Below are positions 39,788-50,448 of a stretch of DNA of 64,000 nt, in pieces (position 1 is the stretch's first letter; the number at the start of each line of letters is the position of its first letter). A program made the position numbers and the translations under genes. The DNA is from Parachlamydiales bacterium (lineage in GTDB: Bacteria; Chlamydiota; Chlamydiia; Chlamydiales; SM23-39), in assembly GCA_050302075.1 (NCBI GenBank), contig JBNLAH010000002.1:96001-160000 (forward strand). Reading direction: 5' to 3'. Under the pieces are notes generated by a model. That model saw nothing but the letters and a program-made list of their open reading frames with translations. It had not been told where the DNA came from and did no database searches.

Positions 39788-41056
39788 ATGGAAAATATTT
39801 TAGATCATCTTCAAAAAAGAGGATTAGTTGAAGATACAACTTCCCAAGAGCTTAAAAAAGTGCTGTCAAATCCAACTAAGTTTTATATTGGTTTTGATCC
39901 GACAGCGGATTCTTTGCATTTAGGCAATTTAGTTGGGATTATTGTTTTAGAATGGTTCAGACGCTTTGGACACCATCCAATTGCCCTAATAGGAGGAGCT
40001 ACAGGAAGAATAGGCGACCCTTCTTGGAAAAGCTACGAACGCCCTCTGCTTAGTGATGATGCTATTTTTCATAACGTTAAATCCATTTCACAGTTTTTTG
40101 AAAATCTATTTCCTGATGGTACTGTAAAGATAATCAATAACGACAGTTGGTACGGCTCTATGTCTGTTGTTACCTTTCTAAGGGATGTATGCAAGCAATT
40201 CAGGATAGGTCCTATGCTAGCGAAAGAAAGCGTAAAAATTAGAATCCAAAGTGAAGAAGGTATGAGCTTCACAGAGTTTAGTTATCAAGTTCTGCAGGGT
40301 TACGACTTTAGTTACTTATTTGAAAAAGAAAATGTCAAACTTCAATTGGGCGGTAGTGATCAATGGGGAAATATCACAGCGGGAATAGACTTGATTAGAA
40401 AACAAAAAAAAGCAACAGCTTATGGCCTTACCTTTCCTCTTTTAGTCGACTCAGAAGGGAAAAAATTTGGAAAATCAGAAAGTGGGGCTATTTGGCTTAG
40501 TGCAGATAAACTCTCTCCGTATGATTTTTATCAATATCTCTATAGAGTATCGGATAAAGATGTGATCAAGCTATTAAAAATGATGACATTTCTGGATTTA
40601 TCAGAAATTGAAAAAATAGAAAAAAGCATGTGCTCCGACGACTATGTCCCAAATACTGCTCAAAAAATCTTGGCTGAAAATGTAACAAAGTTTGTGCATT
40701 CTCAAGAAGGGTTAGACCTAGCTCAGAAAGTAACTCTTGGGGTATATTCGTCTTCAAAAAATATAATTTCAGGGGATGTTCTTAAGGAAATAGCAAAAGA
40801 CATGCCTCATTCTACCTATAAATTAGAGGATGTTTTAGGTAAAAAGTTCACTGAAGTTGCCGCGATCTGCGGGATTGCAGCGAGCAAATCTGAGGCTCTT
40901 AGGCTACTTAAGGGTGGTGGAGCATACGTAAACAATAAAAAAATCTTAGATGAGAATTTTCTTTTTTCTAACGAAGATTTCATAGAGGGAAAGTATATTT
41001 TAATAGGCATTGGAAAGAAGAAAAAACATTTGATTGAACTTGAAAATTCTCAATAA
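39788..41056 (+). CDS. tyrS: Tyrosine--tRNA ligase
   Basis: GFDPTADSLHLGN, GGSDQWGNI, KFGKS, C-terminal S4 domain. Confidence 0.98.
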   Translation: MENILDHLQKRGLVEDTTSQELKKVLSNPTKFYIGFDPTADSLHLGNLVGIIVLEWFRRFGHHPIALIGGATGRIGDPSWKSYERPLLSDDAIFHNVKSISQFFENLFPDGTVKIINNDSWYGSMSVVTFLRDVCKQFRIGPMLAKESVKIRIQSEEGMSFTEFSYQVLQGYDFSYLFEKENVKLQLGGSDQWGNITAGIDLIRKQKKATAYGLTFPLLVDSEGKKFGKSESGAIWLSADKLSPYDFYQYLYRVSDKDVIKLLKMMTFLDLSEIEKIEKSMCSDDYVPNTAQKILAENVTKFVHSQEGLDLAQKVTLGVYSSSKNIISGDVLKEIAKDMPHSTYKLEDVLGKKFTEVAAICGIAASKSEALRLLKGGGAYVNNKKILDENFLFSNEDFIEGKYILIGIGKKKKHLIELENSQ

Positions 41057-41140
41057 TTAAAAAAATTTATATAAACAACTTGTGCGAAAATAGTGATCTC
41101 AACACAATGAAGCTAAGATTGTGGTCGAAAGGAGACAGGG

Positions 41141-41461
41141 ATGGCGACGATAACGAAGAAAAATATTATTCAAAAAATATCTCAAACTCATAGGATGCAT
41201 CCTAATGAAGTGAGAAATGTGGTACAAGCTTTTTTAGATGAAATGACAGATATTTTGTCAAAAGGTGATAGACTTGAGTTTCGTGACTTCGGTGTATTTG
41301 AGATAGTCGAAAGAAAGCAAAAAGTCGGAAGAAATCCTAAAAATGCCTCAGTTCCAATAGTTATTCCGGCTAGAAAAGCTGTTAAATTTACTCCTGGGAA
41401 AAAGATGAAAAAATTAATTGAAGAATCAAAGGCAGAGCCGAGTTCTGGCATTTCTAAATAA
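41141..41461 (+). CDS. ihfA: Integration host factor / HU family DNA-binding protein
   Basis: LEFRDFGVFE, GRNPK, AVKFTPGK. Confidence 0.9.
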   Translation: MATITKKNIIQKISQTHRMHPNEVRNVVQAFLDEMTDILSKGDRLEFRDFGVFEIVERKQKVGRNPKNASVPIVIPARKAVKFTPGKKMKKLIEESKAEPSSGISK

Positions 41462-41675
41462 AATTTACAATATTTCAAACTTTCACCTTTCAAATATTTC
41501 ATTTTTTGTTAGAAATATTTTAAATGAAGTTAAATAATAATTATTATTGCTAAGTAATCTTTAATTATCTCATATTAAAAACTTTTTTACTTTAAAAAAA
41601 CTAATTTTAGTCTTACTTGAAAAAATTTCCATATTACATCATAATTGAGTTTTTCCCGTATTTAAGGAGGAGACT

Positions 41676-42713
41676 TTGTCTAAGCCAAAAATAATTTTAG
41701 TTGGTGCGATCTTTTTATTTGTATCAATTGGAATAATGTCTTTATTTAAAAAAAACAAGAATACTGAAATTTCAGAACCGGTCGAGATCTCAAAAAATCC
41801 AGTAGAGAAAATTCCAATACCAGAAAAGAAGGTAGTAAAGGATAAGCTGGTAAATGATTTAATTGAAAAGGAAGCTCCTGAACCTATTCGCTTAGAGAAA
41901 AAAGAGGTAGCCGACCTTCCAAAAGTTGATTTAGTTGGAAGGCTTTTTGCAACAGACTCTTCTAAACTGCCAATAGTTGAAACAATAACTTATACATCTA
42001 GGGTTCCTTGGTTAAAAGGACGTCCTGCTTGGATAGCAGATTATGCATCTCATTATTCTACTTCGAGACACTTTATAGCGCGGAGCTTAAATCGAAAACC
42101 AGATTATTTCACACAAAACATATCTCCGGGAGACCGTTTTAACGTAATTAGAACTGACCTAGATCTGTCTTTTTATCTTCTAGTTGATACTTCAATGTGC
42201 AAAATGTGGTTTTATTGCGTTGATTCAGAAAGAAATGAAAGGGTTTTATTAAAAATTTATGATGTTGGTATTGGAAGAAAAGAACCTAAAAAACAATCAG
42301 GATGCTTAACTCCATCTGGTAAATATTTACTTGGTAGTAAGATTGCAATTTATAAAGAAGGAATAATGGGGTATTTCCAAGATCAAAAAGTTGAAATGCT
42401 TCAGGTTTTTGGAACAAGGTGGATACCATTCGAAAAGGAAATAGAAGGGTGTTCTGATAGTGCAAAAGGATATGGAATACATGGATCACCATGGCATAAA
42501 GACCCAACAACCGGCAAGTTAGTTGAAGATAGATCTCATATTAGAAGATATGACAGTGATGGATGTATCCGTTTAAACTCTGAAGATATTGAAGAGCTTT
42601 TTTCTATCATTATCACTAAGCCAACAACAGTTGAAATAGTTGATGATTTCAAAAATGCTACTCTCCCAGGGAAAGAGAGAGAAAACTTTTCTATTTCTCG
42701 CCTAAATAAATGA
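41676..42713 (+). CDS. L,D-transpeptidase (YkuD) family protein
   Basis: TPSGKY, FGTRWI, GYGIHG ... SDGCIRL; N-terminal TM. Confidence 0.88.
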   Translation: MSKPKIILVGAIFLFVSIGIMSLFKKNKNTEISEPVEISKNPVEKIPIPEKKVVKDKLVNDLIEKEAPEPIRLEKKEVADLPKVDLVGRLFATDSSKLPIVETITYTSRVPWLKGRPAWIADYASHYSTSRHFIARSLNRKPDYFTQNISPGDRFNVIRTDLDLSFYLLVDTSMCKMWFYCVDSERNERVLLKIYDVGIGRKEPKKQSGCLTPSGKYLLGSKIAIYKEGIMGYFQDQKVEMLQVFGTRWIPFEKEIEGCSDSAKGYGIHGSPWHKDPTTGKLVEDRSHIRRYDSDGCIRLNSEDIEELFSIIITKPTTVEIVDDFKNATLPGKERENFSISRLNK

Positions 42714-42723
42714 AGGAAAATAA

Positions 42724-43734
42724 ATGAAGAATAATAATAAAAATACAACTTTACTTCCTCATGAAAAGGAAATAGCTGAACATGAAAATACTGTTAAGCT
42801 TGTAAAAGAAAAAAACATGAAAAGTGAGCTCTGGTCTGAAAAAGAAATCCAAAAAATGGAACAGAAAATCGAGAGACTAAAGAAAAACGTTTATTCAAAG
42901 CTACAGCCGTGGGATAGGGTTGCAATTTGTCGCCACCAGATGAGACCTCACTCAATCGACTTTATCCAAAATATTTGTGAAGATTTTGTAGAAATTCATG
43001 GAGATCGTTGTTTTAGGGATGATCCTGCTGTTATTGCCGGTTTTGGGAGGATTGGAAACCAGAAATTTATGATTATAGGACAAGAAAAGGGAAAAGATAC
43101 GGAAAGCAGAATTCATAGAAATTTTGGGATGCTTCACCCCGAAGGATATCGTAAAGCGCTAAGGTGTATGGAGCTTGCCGCTAAATTTGACATTCCTATT
43201 TTGTCACTATTAGACACCCAAGGGGCATATCCAGGTTTTAGTGCTGAAGAAAGAGGTCAAGGATACGCAATTGCAAAAAACTTGCTTGAAATGTTCCGAA
43301 TTAAGGTTCCAATTATTGTGCTATTAATTGGTGAAGGGTGTTCTGGCGGTGCTCTTGGAATGGGGATCGGCGATGTGATTGGAATGCTTGAGCATTCTTA
43401 TTATTCTGTGATTTCACCTGAAGGTTGTGCTTCAATTCTTTGGAAAGACTCTAAAAAAAATGCACAGGCTGCAGATGCTTTAAAACTTCTTTCTGAAGAT
43501 CTTTTAAAACTCAAAGTCATTGATGAAATACTTCCAGAACCACTTGGAGGAGCACATCATGACCCTCAAGTTGTTTATGAAAATGTAAAAGGCTTTGTTA
43601 TAAAAAGTATTGAAATGTTGAAAAATATTCCTAACGAGGATTTACTAAAGAGACGGTTTCAGAAATTTCGTTCAATGGGGGAGTTTTTCACAGAAGATGA
43701 AGTTACTTATACAAGCAGCGATCAGAAGCAGTAA
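42724..43734 (+). CDS. accA: Acetyl-CoA carboxylase carboxyltransferase alpha
   Basis: NFGMLHPEGYRKALR, GEGCSGGALG, YSVISPEGCASILW. Confidence 0.97.
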   Translation: MKNNNKNTTLLPHEKEIAEHENTVKLVKEKNMKSELWSEKEIQKMEQKIERLKKNVYSKLQPWDRVAICRHQMRPHSIDFIQNICEDFVEIHGDRCFRDDPAVIAGFGRIGNQKFMIIGQEKGKDTESRIHRNFGMLHPEGYRKALRCMELAAKFDIPILSLLDTQGAYPGFSAEERGQGYAIAKNLLEMFRIKVPIIVLLIGEGCSGGALGMGIGDVIGMLEHSYYSVISPEGCASILWKDSKKNAQAADALKLLSEDLLKLKVIDEILPEPLGGAHHDPQVVYENVKGFVIKSIEMLKNIPNEDLLKRRFQKFRSMGEFFTEDEVTYTSSDQKQ

Positions 43735-45631
43735 ACATATTAGCTTAGCTATATTTACATTTCTTGCTTTGATTCTTTTAACTATTTCAAATCAGCTGGA
43801 GATGTTTTCACTTGGTTTGATGACAAATACTACTTCCACTGACTTTTTTTCAATGTTCGGTGAAAAAAAACAAGGCAGAGTTCGGACAGCTGAGCAAGTT
43901 GAATTAAATCAAATAATTAATAAATGGGATGATATTGACAAAGACAAAAAAGGGTATGTCACTAAAAAAGATACTGCCATTTACATGTCAAAAAAAAGAG
44001 ATTCCAATCCTGTTAACCACATTTTAAGAAAGCTCTCTTTGAAGTTGGACTTTGAGAAGAACTTTTCGGTTTTGATTTTTTTTCTAGTTATTGTAGCGAT
44101 ATTTAAAGCTGTCAACCTTTTTACGGCGCGATATATGACTCAGATTCTTTCGATTCGGATTACAAGGGATCTCAGGCATCAGTTTTTTAAGCATATTCAA
44201 TCGCTCCCACTTAGCTTCTATAATGAATACAATTTAGGGTCATTGACATCAAGAGCGATTGGAGATGCAGGTCAAATAGCATCTTCATTAAACTCGATGT
44301 TGGTAAATTATTTACAGACACCATTCGCGGTTTTCAGTTCTTTGTTTTGTTGTTTTTATATTTCTTGGGAGCTTTCTTTAATAATCTTTGTTGGAATTCC
44401 TTTTATAATTTTTCCGATAATATTTTTTACAAAAAAAATTAAAAACGTAACAAGACAACTTCAAAAAAAGCAGGAGAGTTTTACATCTGTACTTTTAGAT
44501 TTTTTATCGGGAATTCATACTATCAAAATTTATGCAATGGAGATGTTTTCATTAAAAAAGTATGAAGAACAAAATAACCAGATGGCAAGGTTAGAAGTTA
44601 AAAATGCAAAGTACTCATTGCTAACAAGGCCGGTTCTTCACACTGTTACAACCACATGTCTTGCTGTCATATTGCTTTTTGGGTTTTATACGTTGAGAAT
44701 GACTGTTTCGCAAGTAATCACATTCTGCGGAATGTTGTATTTATTTTATGAGCCTGTAAAAAAATTTGCAGAAGAAAATGCAAATATTCAAAAAGGAATA
44801 GTAGCAGCGGAAAGAATGTTTGAAGTCTTGAATATGAAACCTAAAATTACTGATTCTAAATCTGCTATTGAATTAAGAGATTTTAAAAATGAAATTTCTT
44901 TTAACAATGTATGGTTTAAATATACGGACAAGTGGATCTTAAAAGATTTAAGTTTTACTGTTAAAAAAGGGGAGACAGTAGCTATTGTAGGGCCGACTGG
45001 TGCAGGCAAGTCAACAATAGTACAGCTAATTCCTAGGCTTTATGATATACAAAAAGGGACAATTTCCATTGATGGGAAATCAGTTAAAGATTTTACACAA
45101 AAGTCACTAAAAGAGCAGATTGCTTTTATACCTCAAAGACCTTTTTTATTTTATGACACAATTTTAGAAAACATTTGCTTTGGCAATAAGTTCTCTTTTG
45201 AAAAAGTTATAGAAGCCTCAAAAAAGGCACATGCACATGAATTTATTGTTAACTTGCCAGATAGATATAACACGGTAATAGCAGAAACTGGAAAAACACT
45301 ATCTGGAGGACAGCAACAAAGGCTTGCTATAGCTAGGGCATTAATTAAAGATGTCCCACTTTTAATCATGGACGAGGCAACATCATCTTTAGATGCTATC
45401 AGTGAAAATAAAATTAAGCTAGCAGTCCAAGCTCTTCAAGGCTCTATTACTCAAATTATTATAGCCCACCGCTTATCAACTATAGAACATGCTGATAAAA
45501 TTATTTATCTTGACCAAGGAGTTAAAATAGCAGAAGGCACTAAAGAACAGTTGTTAAATGAATGTCCAGCATTTAAGCAGATGTGGGATGCTTTTCATAA
45601 AGTAAAAGAAGCTGATTTAAGTGTATCCTAA
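43697..45631 (+). CDS. msbA: MsbA-like ABC exporter (TMD+NBD)
   Basis: GPTGAGKST, LSGGQQQR, DEATS; follows accA as in Chlamydia. Confidence 0.85.
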   Translation: MKLLIQAAIRSSKHISLAIFTFLALILLTISNQLEMFSLGLMTNTTSTDFFSMFGEKKQGRVRTAEQVELNQIINKWDDIDKDKKGYVTKKDTAIYMSKKRDSNPVNHILRKLSLKLDFEKNFSVLIFFLVIVAIFKAVNLFTARYMTQILSIRITRDLRHQFFKHIQSLPLSFYNEYNLGSLTSRAIGDAGQIASSLNSMLVNYLQTPFAVFSSLFCCFYISWELSLIIFVGIPFIIFPIIFFTKKIKNVTRQLQKKQESFTSVLLDFLSGIHTIKIYAMEMFSLKKYEEQNNQMARLEVKNAKYSLLTRPVLHTVTTTCLAVILLFGFYTLRMTVSQVITFCGMLYLFYEPVKKFAEENANIQKGIVAAERMFEVLNMKPKITDSKSAIELRDFKNEISFNNVWFKYTDKWILKDLSFTVKKGETVAIVGPTGAGKSTIVQLIPRLYDIQKGTISIDGKSVKDFTQKSLKEQIAFIPQRPFLFYDTILENICFGNKFSFEKVIEASKKAHAHEFIVNLPDRYNTVIAETGKTLSGGQQQRLAIARALIKDVPLLIMDEATSSLDAISENKIKLAVQALQGSITQIIIAHRLSTIEHADKIIYLDQGVKIAEGTKEQLLNECPAFKQMWDAFHKVKEADLSVS

Positions 45632-45777
45632 CTATCTATTTAGCCTTTAATTCTTTAAATAGTGCTATATCCCTAGATGTAATTGGCATTTCATAAGAAA
45701 AGTCGAGATAATCTGAAATAATATTTAAAAAAAATATTGATTTCGAGATAATGAGCAATAGCGGGGGGAGAGGTTTA

Positions 45778-46092
45778 ATGTCTAAAAAAGATACAGCTCA
45801 GGAATTTAAACCGGATGATTTTGAGAAGCTCGATGAAGAATTGAATCAATTAGTAGAGCTAATTCGTCAATTTTCTAGTAATCCTGATAATTACGAAATA
45901 AAGCCTAGAATTCAGTATCTTTTAGCTGAAATGTTCTCATTGTCAAAAAAAATTGGTGGCAATGTCCTAGATCATGCAGATGAGCTAAAGCTTGATATCA
46001 ATGCTTTTTTAGACCGTCCGAATACAAAAGGACTGGCACCTAAAATTTTTCAAGATTTTCAATTGTTAAAAAATGATCTTAGGAGGCTTTGA
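45778..46092 (+). CDS. Hypothetical helical protein
   Basis: ORF after GAGAGG SD; no family recognised. Confidence 0.6.
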   Translation: MSKKDTAQEFKPDDFEKLDEELNQLVELIRQFSSNPDNYEIKPRIQYLLAEMFSLSKKIGGNVLDHADELKLDINAFLDRPNTKGLAPKIFQDFQLLKNDLRRL

Positions 46093-46442
46093 TGGGCTTA
46101 GAAGAGAGAAAGAAGGGATCCGCTCCAAAAAAAATCACTAATCTTCAAGAAGAGCTCGATGAGGCTTTACTGAGGTTTCAAGCTTCTTTTGAGCTCCTTC
46201 AAAAGAACGATGATCCTAAAATGAGAAAATACTACTTTGACTCACTAATCGAAGAGTTAAATCAGTTAGATGTAATAGCTAAAGGTATTGATCGTAAAGG
46301 AATTCGAAAACAAGAAAGCATCCTTTCTAAAGATGCAAAGAAGTACTTTAGTAGCCAAAGTCAGGAGAATTTTGAGAAACTAAGGCAGGATATAGCCACT
46401 TTAAAAGAAGCTAACCGTGTTCCAAAAAACATCAGTCGATAA
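46089..46442 (+). CDS. Hypothetical helical protein
   Basis: Coupled to upstream ORF with AGGAGG SD. Confidence 0.6.
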   Translation: MMGLEERKKGSAPKKITNLQEELDEALLRFQASFELLQKNDDPKMRKYYFDSLIEELNQLDVIAKGIDRKGIRKQESILSKDAKKYFSSQSQENFEKLRQDIATLKEANRVPKNISR

Positions 46443-47256
46443 TTCTCTTTGGGTGAATGAAAGTGTATCCCACAGATTTAATCTTGTGATTTGAAACTCT
46501 TTTATTACCACTTCTGAGTGTTTTTACCGAAGGATCCCATTTTATAGGTTTGAAGCCAAACCTATCAGATATTTGCTTGTATAATTCAGAACGTATGGTA
46601 TGTTCATCATCTGATAAATTATAGATGCCACGAAGTCTATGATTTAATGCATAAGTATAAGCTTCAACTATGTCATCTAAGTGGACCATGTTTGTATAGT
46701 TATCACCTTGGCCAGATAAAATTGATCCTTGGTATTTTTTTACTTTTTCAGAAAGATTCCTATTTGGTCCATATATTTCTGATAATCGGAAAACTAGAAC
46801 ATTCCAACCTAGATCTTGTAGTGAAGTTAGTGTCTTCTCTGTTTCAATTAAAATCCTACCAGGCTCTGTTTCATTCAATAGCGAGGAACTCTCATCTACC
46901 CATTTTCCATTATGATCGCCATAAACAAAAGTTGAACTGGTATACAATAAACTTTTTAAAGGGCTGTTTTTAGCGCAGTTTTTTAAATTTTGGGCAGTTC
47001 TTAAATATACATTCTCATAGTCTTCTGGGTTGTCTGCTGCAACAGTTAGAGCAATAACGTCATTTTCATTTACTATTTGGGATAGCTTATCAGCATCAGT
47101 GGAATGTAGAACTTCAGCTTTTTGGCAGTGTTTTAATATATTGCCTAACTTATCAAACGACCTTGTTGTCCCGGTTATATGGTGTCCCAAGCTCTTCCAG
47201 CGGCTTGCTAGAGCTTGACCTACATAACCACACCCTATAATTGCAATCTTTAACAT
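46432..47256 (-). CDS. Atypical SDR / NAD-dependent epimerase (YeeZ-like)
   Basis: IIGCGYVG, SSTFVYGD.G.WVDE, IYGPNR, KRVSN. Confidence 0.88.
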   Translation of the reverse strand: MLKIAIIGCGYVGQALASRWKSLGHHITGTTRSFDKLGNILKHCQKAEVLHSTDADKLSQIVNENDVIALTVAADNPEDYENVYLRTAQNLKNCAKNSPLKSLLYTSSTFVYGDHNGKWVDESSSLLNETEPGRILIETEKTLTSLQDLGWNVLVFRLSEIYGPNRNLSEKVKKYQGSILSGQGDNYTNMVHLDDIVEAYTYALNHRLRGIYNLSDDEHTIRSELYKQISDRFGFKPIKWDPSVKTLRSGNKRVSNHKIKSVGYTFIHPKRIID

Positions 47257-47954
47257 GATAGCATTCCTAATTTAGAAAAACTTTCTTTAAGTTCTTCATT
47301 TCCTTTTTTATCAAAGAATCCTTTTTCATTTAACCAATTTACATAGTCCTTCGGAACATCCTTTAATGGTCTTCCTTGGTATTTCCCAAAGGGCATTCGT
47401 GTTGTATTAGATTGGTTCATTAACTCTAAGACCTCGTTAGGCTTTAAGTCACCAATCATTTTTACAAAAACTTTATGCAGAACGATAACATCGTCAAGAG
47501 CTCTATGAGCTTGATTAGCTTCAATTTCATAAACTTCCCTTAGAAATTGTAGAGCATGTCTAGGTAAATCGTAACGATACTTTCTTGACCACTTTAATGA
47601 ATCAACGTAATCCCAAGTTGGGATCTGTAAATCTGAACGGTTCATCTCATTTTCTAAAAAAGGCCTATCAAAAGCATCATTATTGTGAGCTACAAGTATT
47701 GCTCCTTCACTACAAAAGTTGATAAAGTCTTCACCTACTTTTTTAAAAGTAGGGGCATCTTTTACCATTTCGTTGGTAATGTTATGGATCTTTGTAGCTT
47801 CTAGCGGAATTTCACATTCGGGGTTTATAAGAGAAGAAAAAGACTTTTCGTTCAACGCGTCATATGCTGCAATCTCGATAATTCGATCCTTGTCAGATTT
47901 AACACCAGTAGTTTCGGTATCAAAAAATATAAATCTTTTATTCATATAAAACAC
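47250..47954 (-). CDS. dnaQ: DEDDh exonuclease (DnaQ-like) with C-terminal DUF3820-type MPFGKY domain
   Basis: FDTETTG, AHNNDAFD, HRALDD, MPFGKY. Confidence 0.85.
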   Translation of the reverse strand: MFYMNKRFIFFDTETTGVKSDKDRIIEIAAYDALNEKSFSSLINPECEIPLEATKIHNITNEMVKDAPTFKKVGEDFINFCSEGAILVAHNNDAFDRPFLENEMNRSDLQIPTWDYVDSLKWSRKYRYDLPRHALQFLREVYEIEANQAHRALDDVIVLHKVFVKMIGDLKPNEVLELMNQSNTTRMPFGKYQGRPLKDVPKDYVNWLNEKGFFDKKGNEELKESFSKLGMLSC

Positions 47955-48194
47955 TTTAGTTAGTATATCTGTGAATACTCTGAAAGACTTCCATCAAGAG
48001 CAATTTGAGTCCAGAGAGCAACGAGGGAAATGTAGCATGAGAGCTGAATTTAAAACAAGCAACTGATATTTGATAATTGGCCGACACTTTTTTAATAAAA
48101 TCAATGACAAGAAATTTTGGAGCTTGTTTTGCTTCAAAATTTAGATGCACTTGTGGTATATTGTTCTTTCATTTGGTGTAAAAAGGAAAAGTTT

Positions 48195-48344
48195 GTGAAA
48201 TATTTAATGTTTGTTCTTTTGATATTTGCTACTACTGGATGTTTTCAAGTACATAATGATGATTGTGCTTATTATACGGTTCCAACAACAAATAATCCAA
48301 ACATTGTTCCAAATCATTCAACCTTTGCACCAGGTCTAAATTAG
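48195..48344 (+). CDS. Small lipoprotein
   Basis: GTG start after AAGGA; MKYLMFVLLIFATTGC lipobox; VPTTNNPNI. Confidence 0.6.
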   Translation: MKYLMFVLLIFATTGCFQVHNDDCAYYTVPTTNNPNIVPNHSTFAPGLN

Positions 48345-48423
48345 CATTCCTCACAGCTTGCTTTTTTACACATATTTAGCTAAAGATAAAAATTATAGGG
48401 AAATCTTTCAATAATCGGTTTAT

Positions 48424-49461
48424 ATGAAAAACTCAATTTATCATTTTTTTTCAAGCGATACTTCTAAAGTATTCCAGTCGCTTGGCAAAGAAGTTTTAAT
48501 CGAAGATTATAAAAAAATGGTCCTGATTAGGAACTTAGAGCTAAGATTGGAATCTTGTTACCAGCAGGGCAAAATTGGCGGATTTATGCACTCGTATATT
48601 GGGCAAGAAGCTATTCAAACTGCATGTATCAGAGCAATGGGTGAGGATAATTGGTATACAACAACCTATCGTTGCCACGCATTAGCTCTTTTATTAAGGG
48701 TCTCCCCAAAAGACATTTTTGCAGAGTTATTTGGTAAAGTTACCGGCAATGCCCTTGGTAGAGGTGGTTCGATGCACTTATATTCAGATAAGATGTTAGG
48801 TGGTTTTGCCATAGTAGGCGGGCATACTCCAATTGCAGCTGGAGCTGCCTTTTCATTAGCATATAAAAACATTAAAGATAAGGTATCTGTATGTTTTTTA
48901 GGTGAGGGGTCAGTCCCACAAGGTGCATTTCATGAATCATTGAACTTGGTATCTCTTTGGAATTTGCCTTGCATTTATGTTATTGAGAACAATCAGTGGG
49001 GAATGGGAACAGCAGCTAAGAAAGCGGTTAGTGCTCACCCAATTGCTGAAAAAATGGCCCCTGCTTACAACATCAAAAGCTATACACTTGATGGAATGGA
49101 TTACTTTAATTTGCATGCTGGGTTTTCTCATATTTTTGAAGAGACAAAAACAACCCAAAGGCCAGTTTTAGTTGAAGTAATTACTGAAAGGTTTAAGGGG
49201 CATTCTATATCAGATCCTGGTTTTTATAGATCTAAAGAAGAGCTAGAAAAGATAAGAAAAAGAGACCCGATCCATCTATTTAAGGATAAATTGATTGAAA
49301 ATCAGCTATTTTCCGAAGAAGATGCAAAGCAAATTGAAAAAGAGCAAATAGAGCTTATAAAAAAAGCTATGAATGAAGCAGAAGGTGATAAAGACCCAGA
49401 TCCAGTCCACTTGGGAGAGGGTGTTTTTGCACCTGAAGATGAAAGAATTTTTGGAGTTTGA
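48424..49461 (+). CDS. pdhA: Pyruvate dehydrogenase E1 alpha
   Basis: GQEA, YRCH, GRGGSMH, ENNQWGMGT, GHSISDP. Confidence 0.96.
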   Translation: MKNSIYHFFSSDTSKVFQSLGKEVLIEDYKKMVLIRNLELRLESCYQQGKIGGFMHSYIGQEAIQTACIRAMGEDNWYTTTYRCHALALLLRVSPKDIFAELFGKVTGNALGRGGSMHLYSDKMLGGFAIVGGHTPIAAGAAFSLAYKNIKDKVSVCFLGEGSVPQGAFHESLNLVSLWNLPCIYVIENNQWGMGTAAKKAVSAHPIAEKMAPAYNIKSYTLDGMDYFNLHAGFSHIFEETKTTQRPVLVEVITERFKGHSISDPGFYRSKEELEKIRKRDPIHLFKDKLIENQLFSEEDAKQIEKEQIELIKKAMNEAEGDKDPDPVHLGEGVFAPEDERIFGV

Positions 49462-49464
49462 TAA

Positions 49465-50439
49465 ATGCAAGAAGTTGAAATGAGAGAGGCTCTGCGTCAG
49501 GCAATTGATGAAGAGATGCAAAGAGATGAAAATGTATTTATTTTAGGAGAAGAAGTCGGTGCTTATAACGGTGCCTATAAGGTCACTAAGGGTTTGTTAG
49601 ACAAATGGGGAGCAAAGAGGGTTATTGACACTCCAATTTCTGAAAATGGATTTTCAGGACTTGCTATCGGAGCTGCTATGACAGGGCTAAGGCCGATTGT
49701 TGAATTTATGAGCTGGAATTTCTCTTTTGTGGCGATTGACCAACTGATCTCTAATGCTTGTAAGGTTTATTATATGTCAGGTGGAAGATTTAAAGTGCCA
49801 ATTGTGTTTAGGGGACCTAATGGGGCTGCTGCCCAAGTGTCATGTCAACATTCTCATTGTGTAGAGGCTATATATGGCAATCTACCAGGGTTTTATATTG
49901 TCTCACCTAGTAATCCATACGATGCTAAAGGACTTTTGAAAACTGCAATTAGATGTAACAATCCGGTTATTTTTTTGGAAAATGAGCTTGACTATGGTGA
50001 TAGGCAGGAAATTCCGGATAAGGAATATACAGTTCCTTTTGGTAAAGCTAAAGTTCTTAAAGAAGGGTCTCATGTAACTATTGTTGCATATTCTAGAATG
50101 TTAAAAAAGTGTATGGCGGCAGCTGATGAATTAGCCAAGAAAGGAATTGAACTGGAGATTATTGACCTTAGGACAATAAAACCACTGGATATTGCAACGA
50201 TTTGCCAGTCCATAAAAAAGACTCATAAGTGTCTTTTAGTTGAAGAAGGGCATATTTTTTCAGGTATTTGCGCTGAAATAGGCTTTCAAATAATTGAGCA
50301 TTGCTTTGATGAGTTAGATGCGCCTTTAATTAGGTTGTGTCAAAAAGAAACGCCTCTACCTTATTCAAAAATTTTAGAAATGCATACAACTCCGACGAAA
50401 GAAAGCATTATTGAAGCTGTTTATAAACTATTAGCATAA
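49465..50439 (+). CDS. pdhB: Pyruvate dehydrogenase E1 beta
   Basis: DTPISE, GLRPIVEFM, DLRTIKPLD. Confidence 0.96.
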   Translation: MQEVEMREALRQAIDEEMQRDENVFILGEEVGAYNGAYKVTKGLLDKWGAKRVIDTPISENGFSGLAIGAAMTGLRPIVEFMSWNFSFVAIDQLISNACKVYYMSGGRFKVPIVFRGPNGAAAQVSCQHSHCVEAIYGNLPGFYIVSPSNPYDAKGLLKTAIRCNNPVIFLENELDYGDRQEIPDKEYTVPFGKAKVLKEGSHVTIVAYSRMLKKCMAAADELAKKGIELEIIDLRTIKPLDIATICQSIKKTHKCLLVEEGHIFSGICAEIGFQIIEHCFDELDAPLIRLCQKETPLPYSKILEMHTTPTKESIIEAVYKLLA

Positions 50440-50448
50440 GAGGAAAAA

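Noticed and set aside
47956..48150. 64-aa ORF or ncRNA (SRP/6S) upstream of dnaQ
   Set aside because: No recognisable protein motif, no SRP loop motif, no convincing long stem
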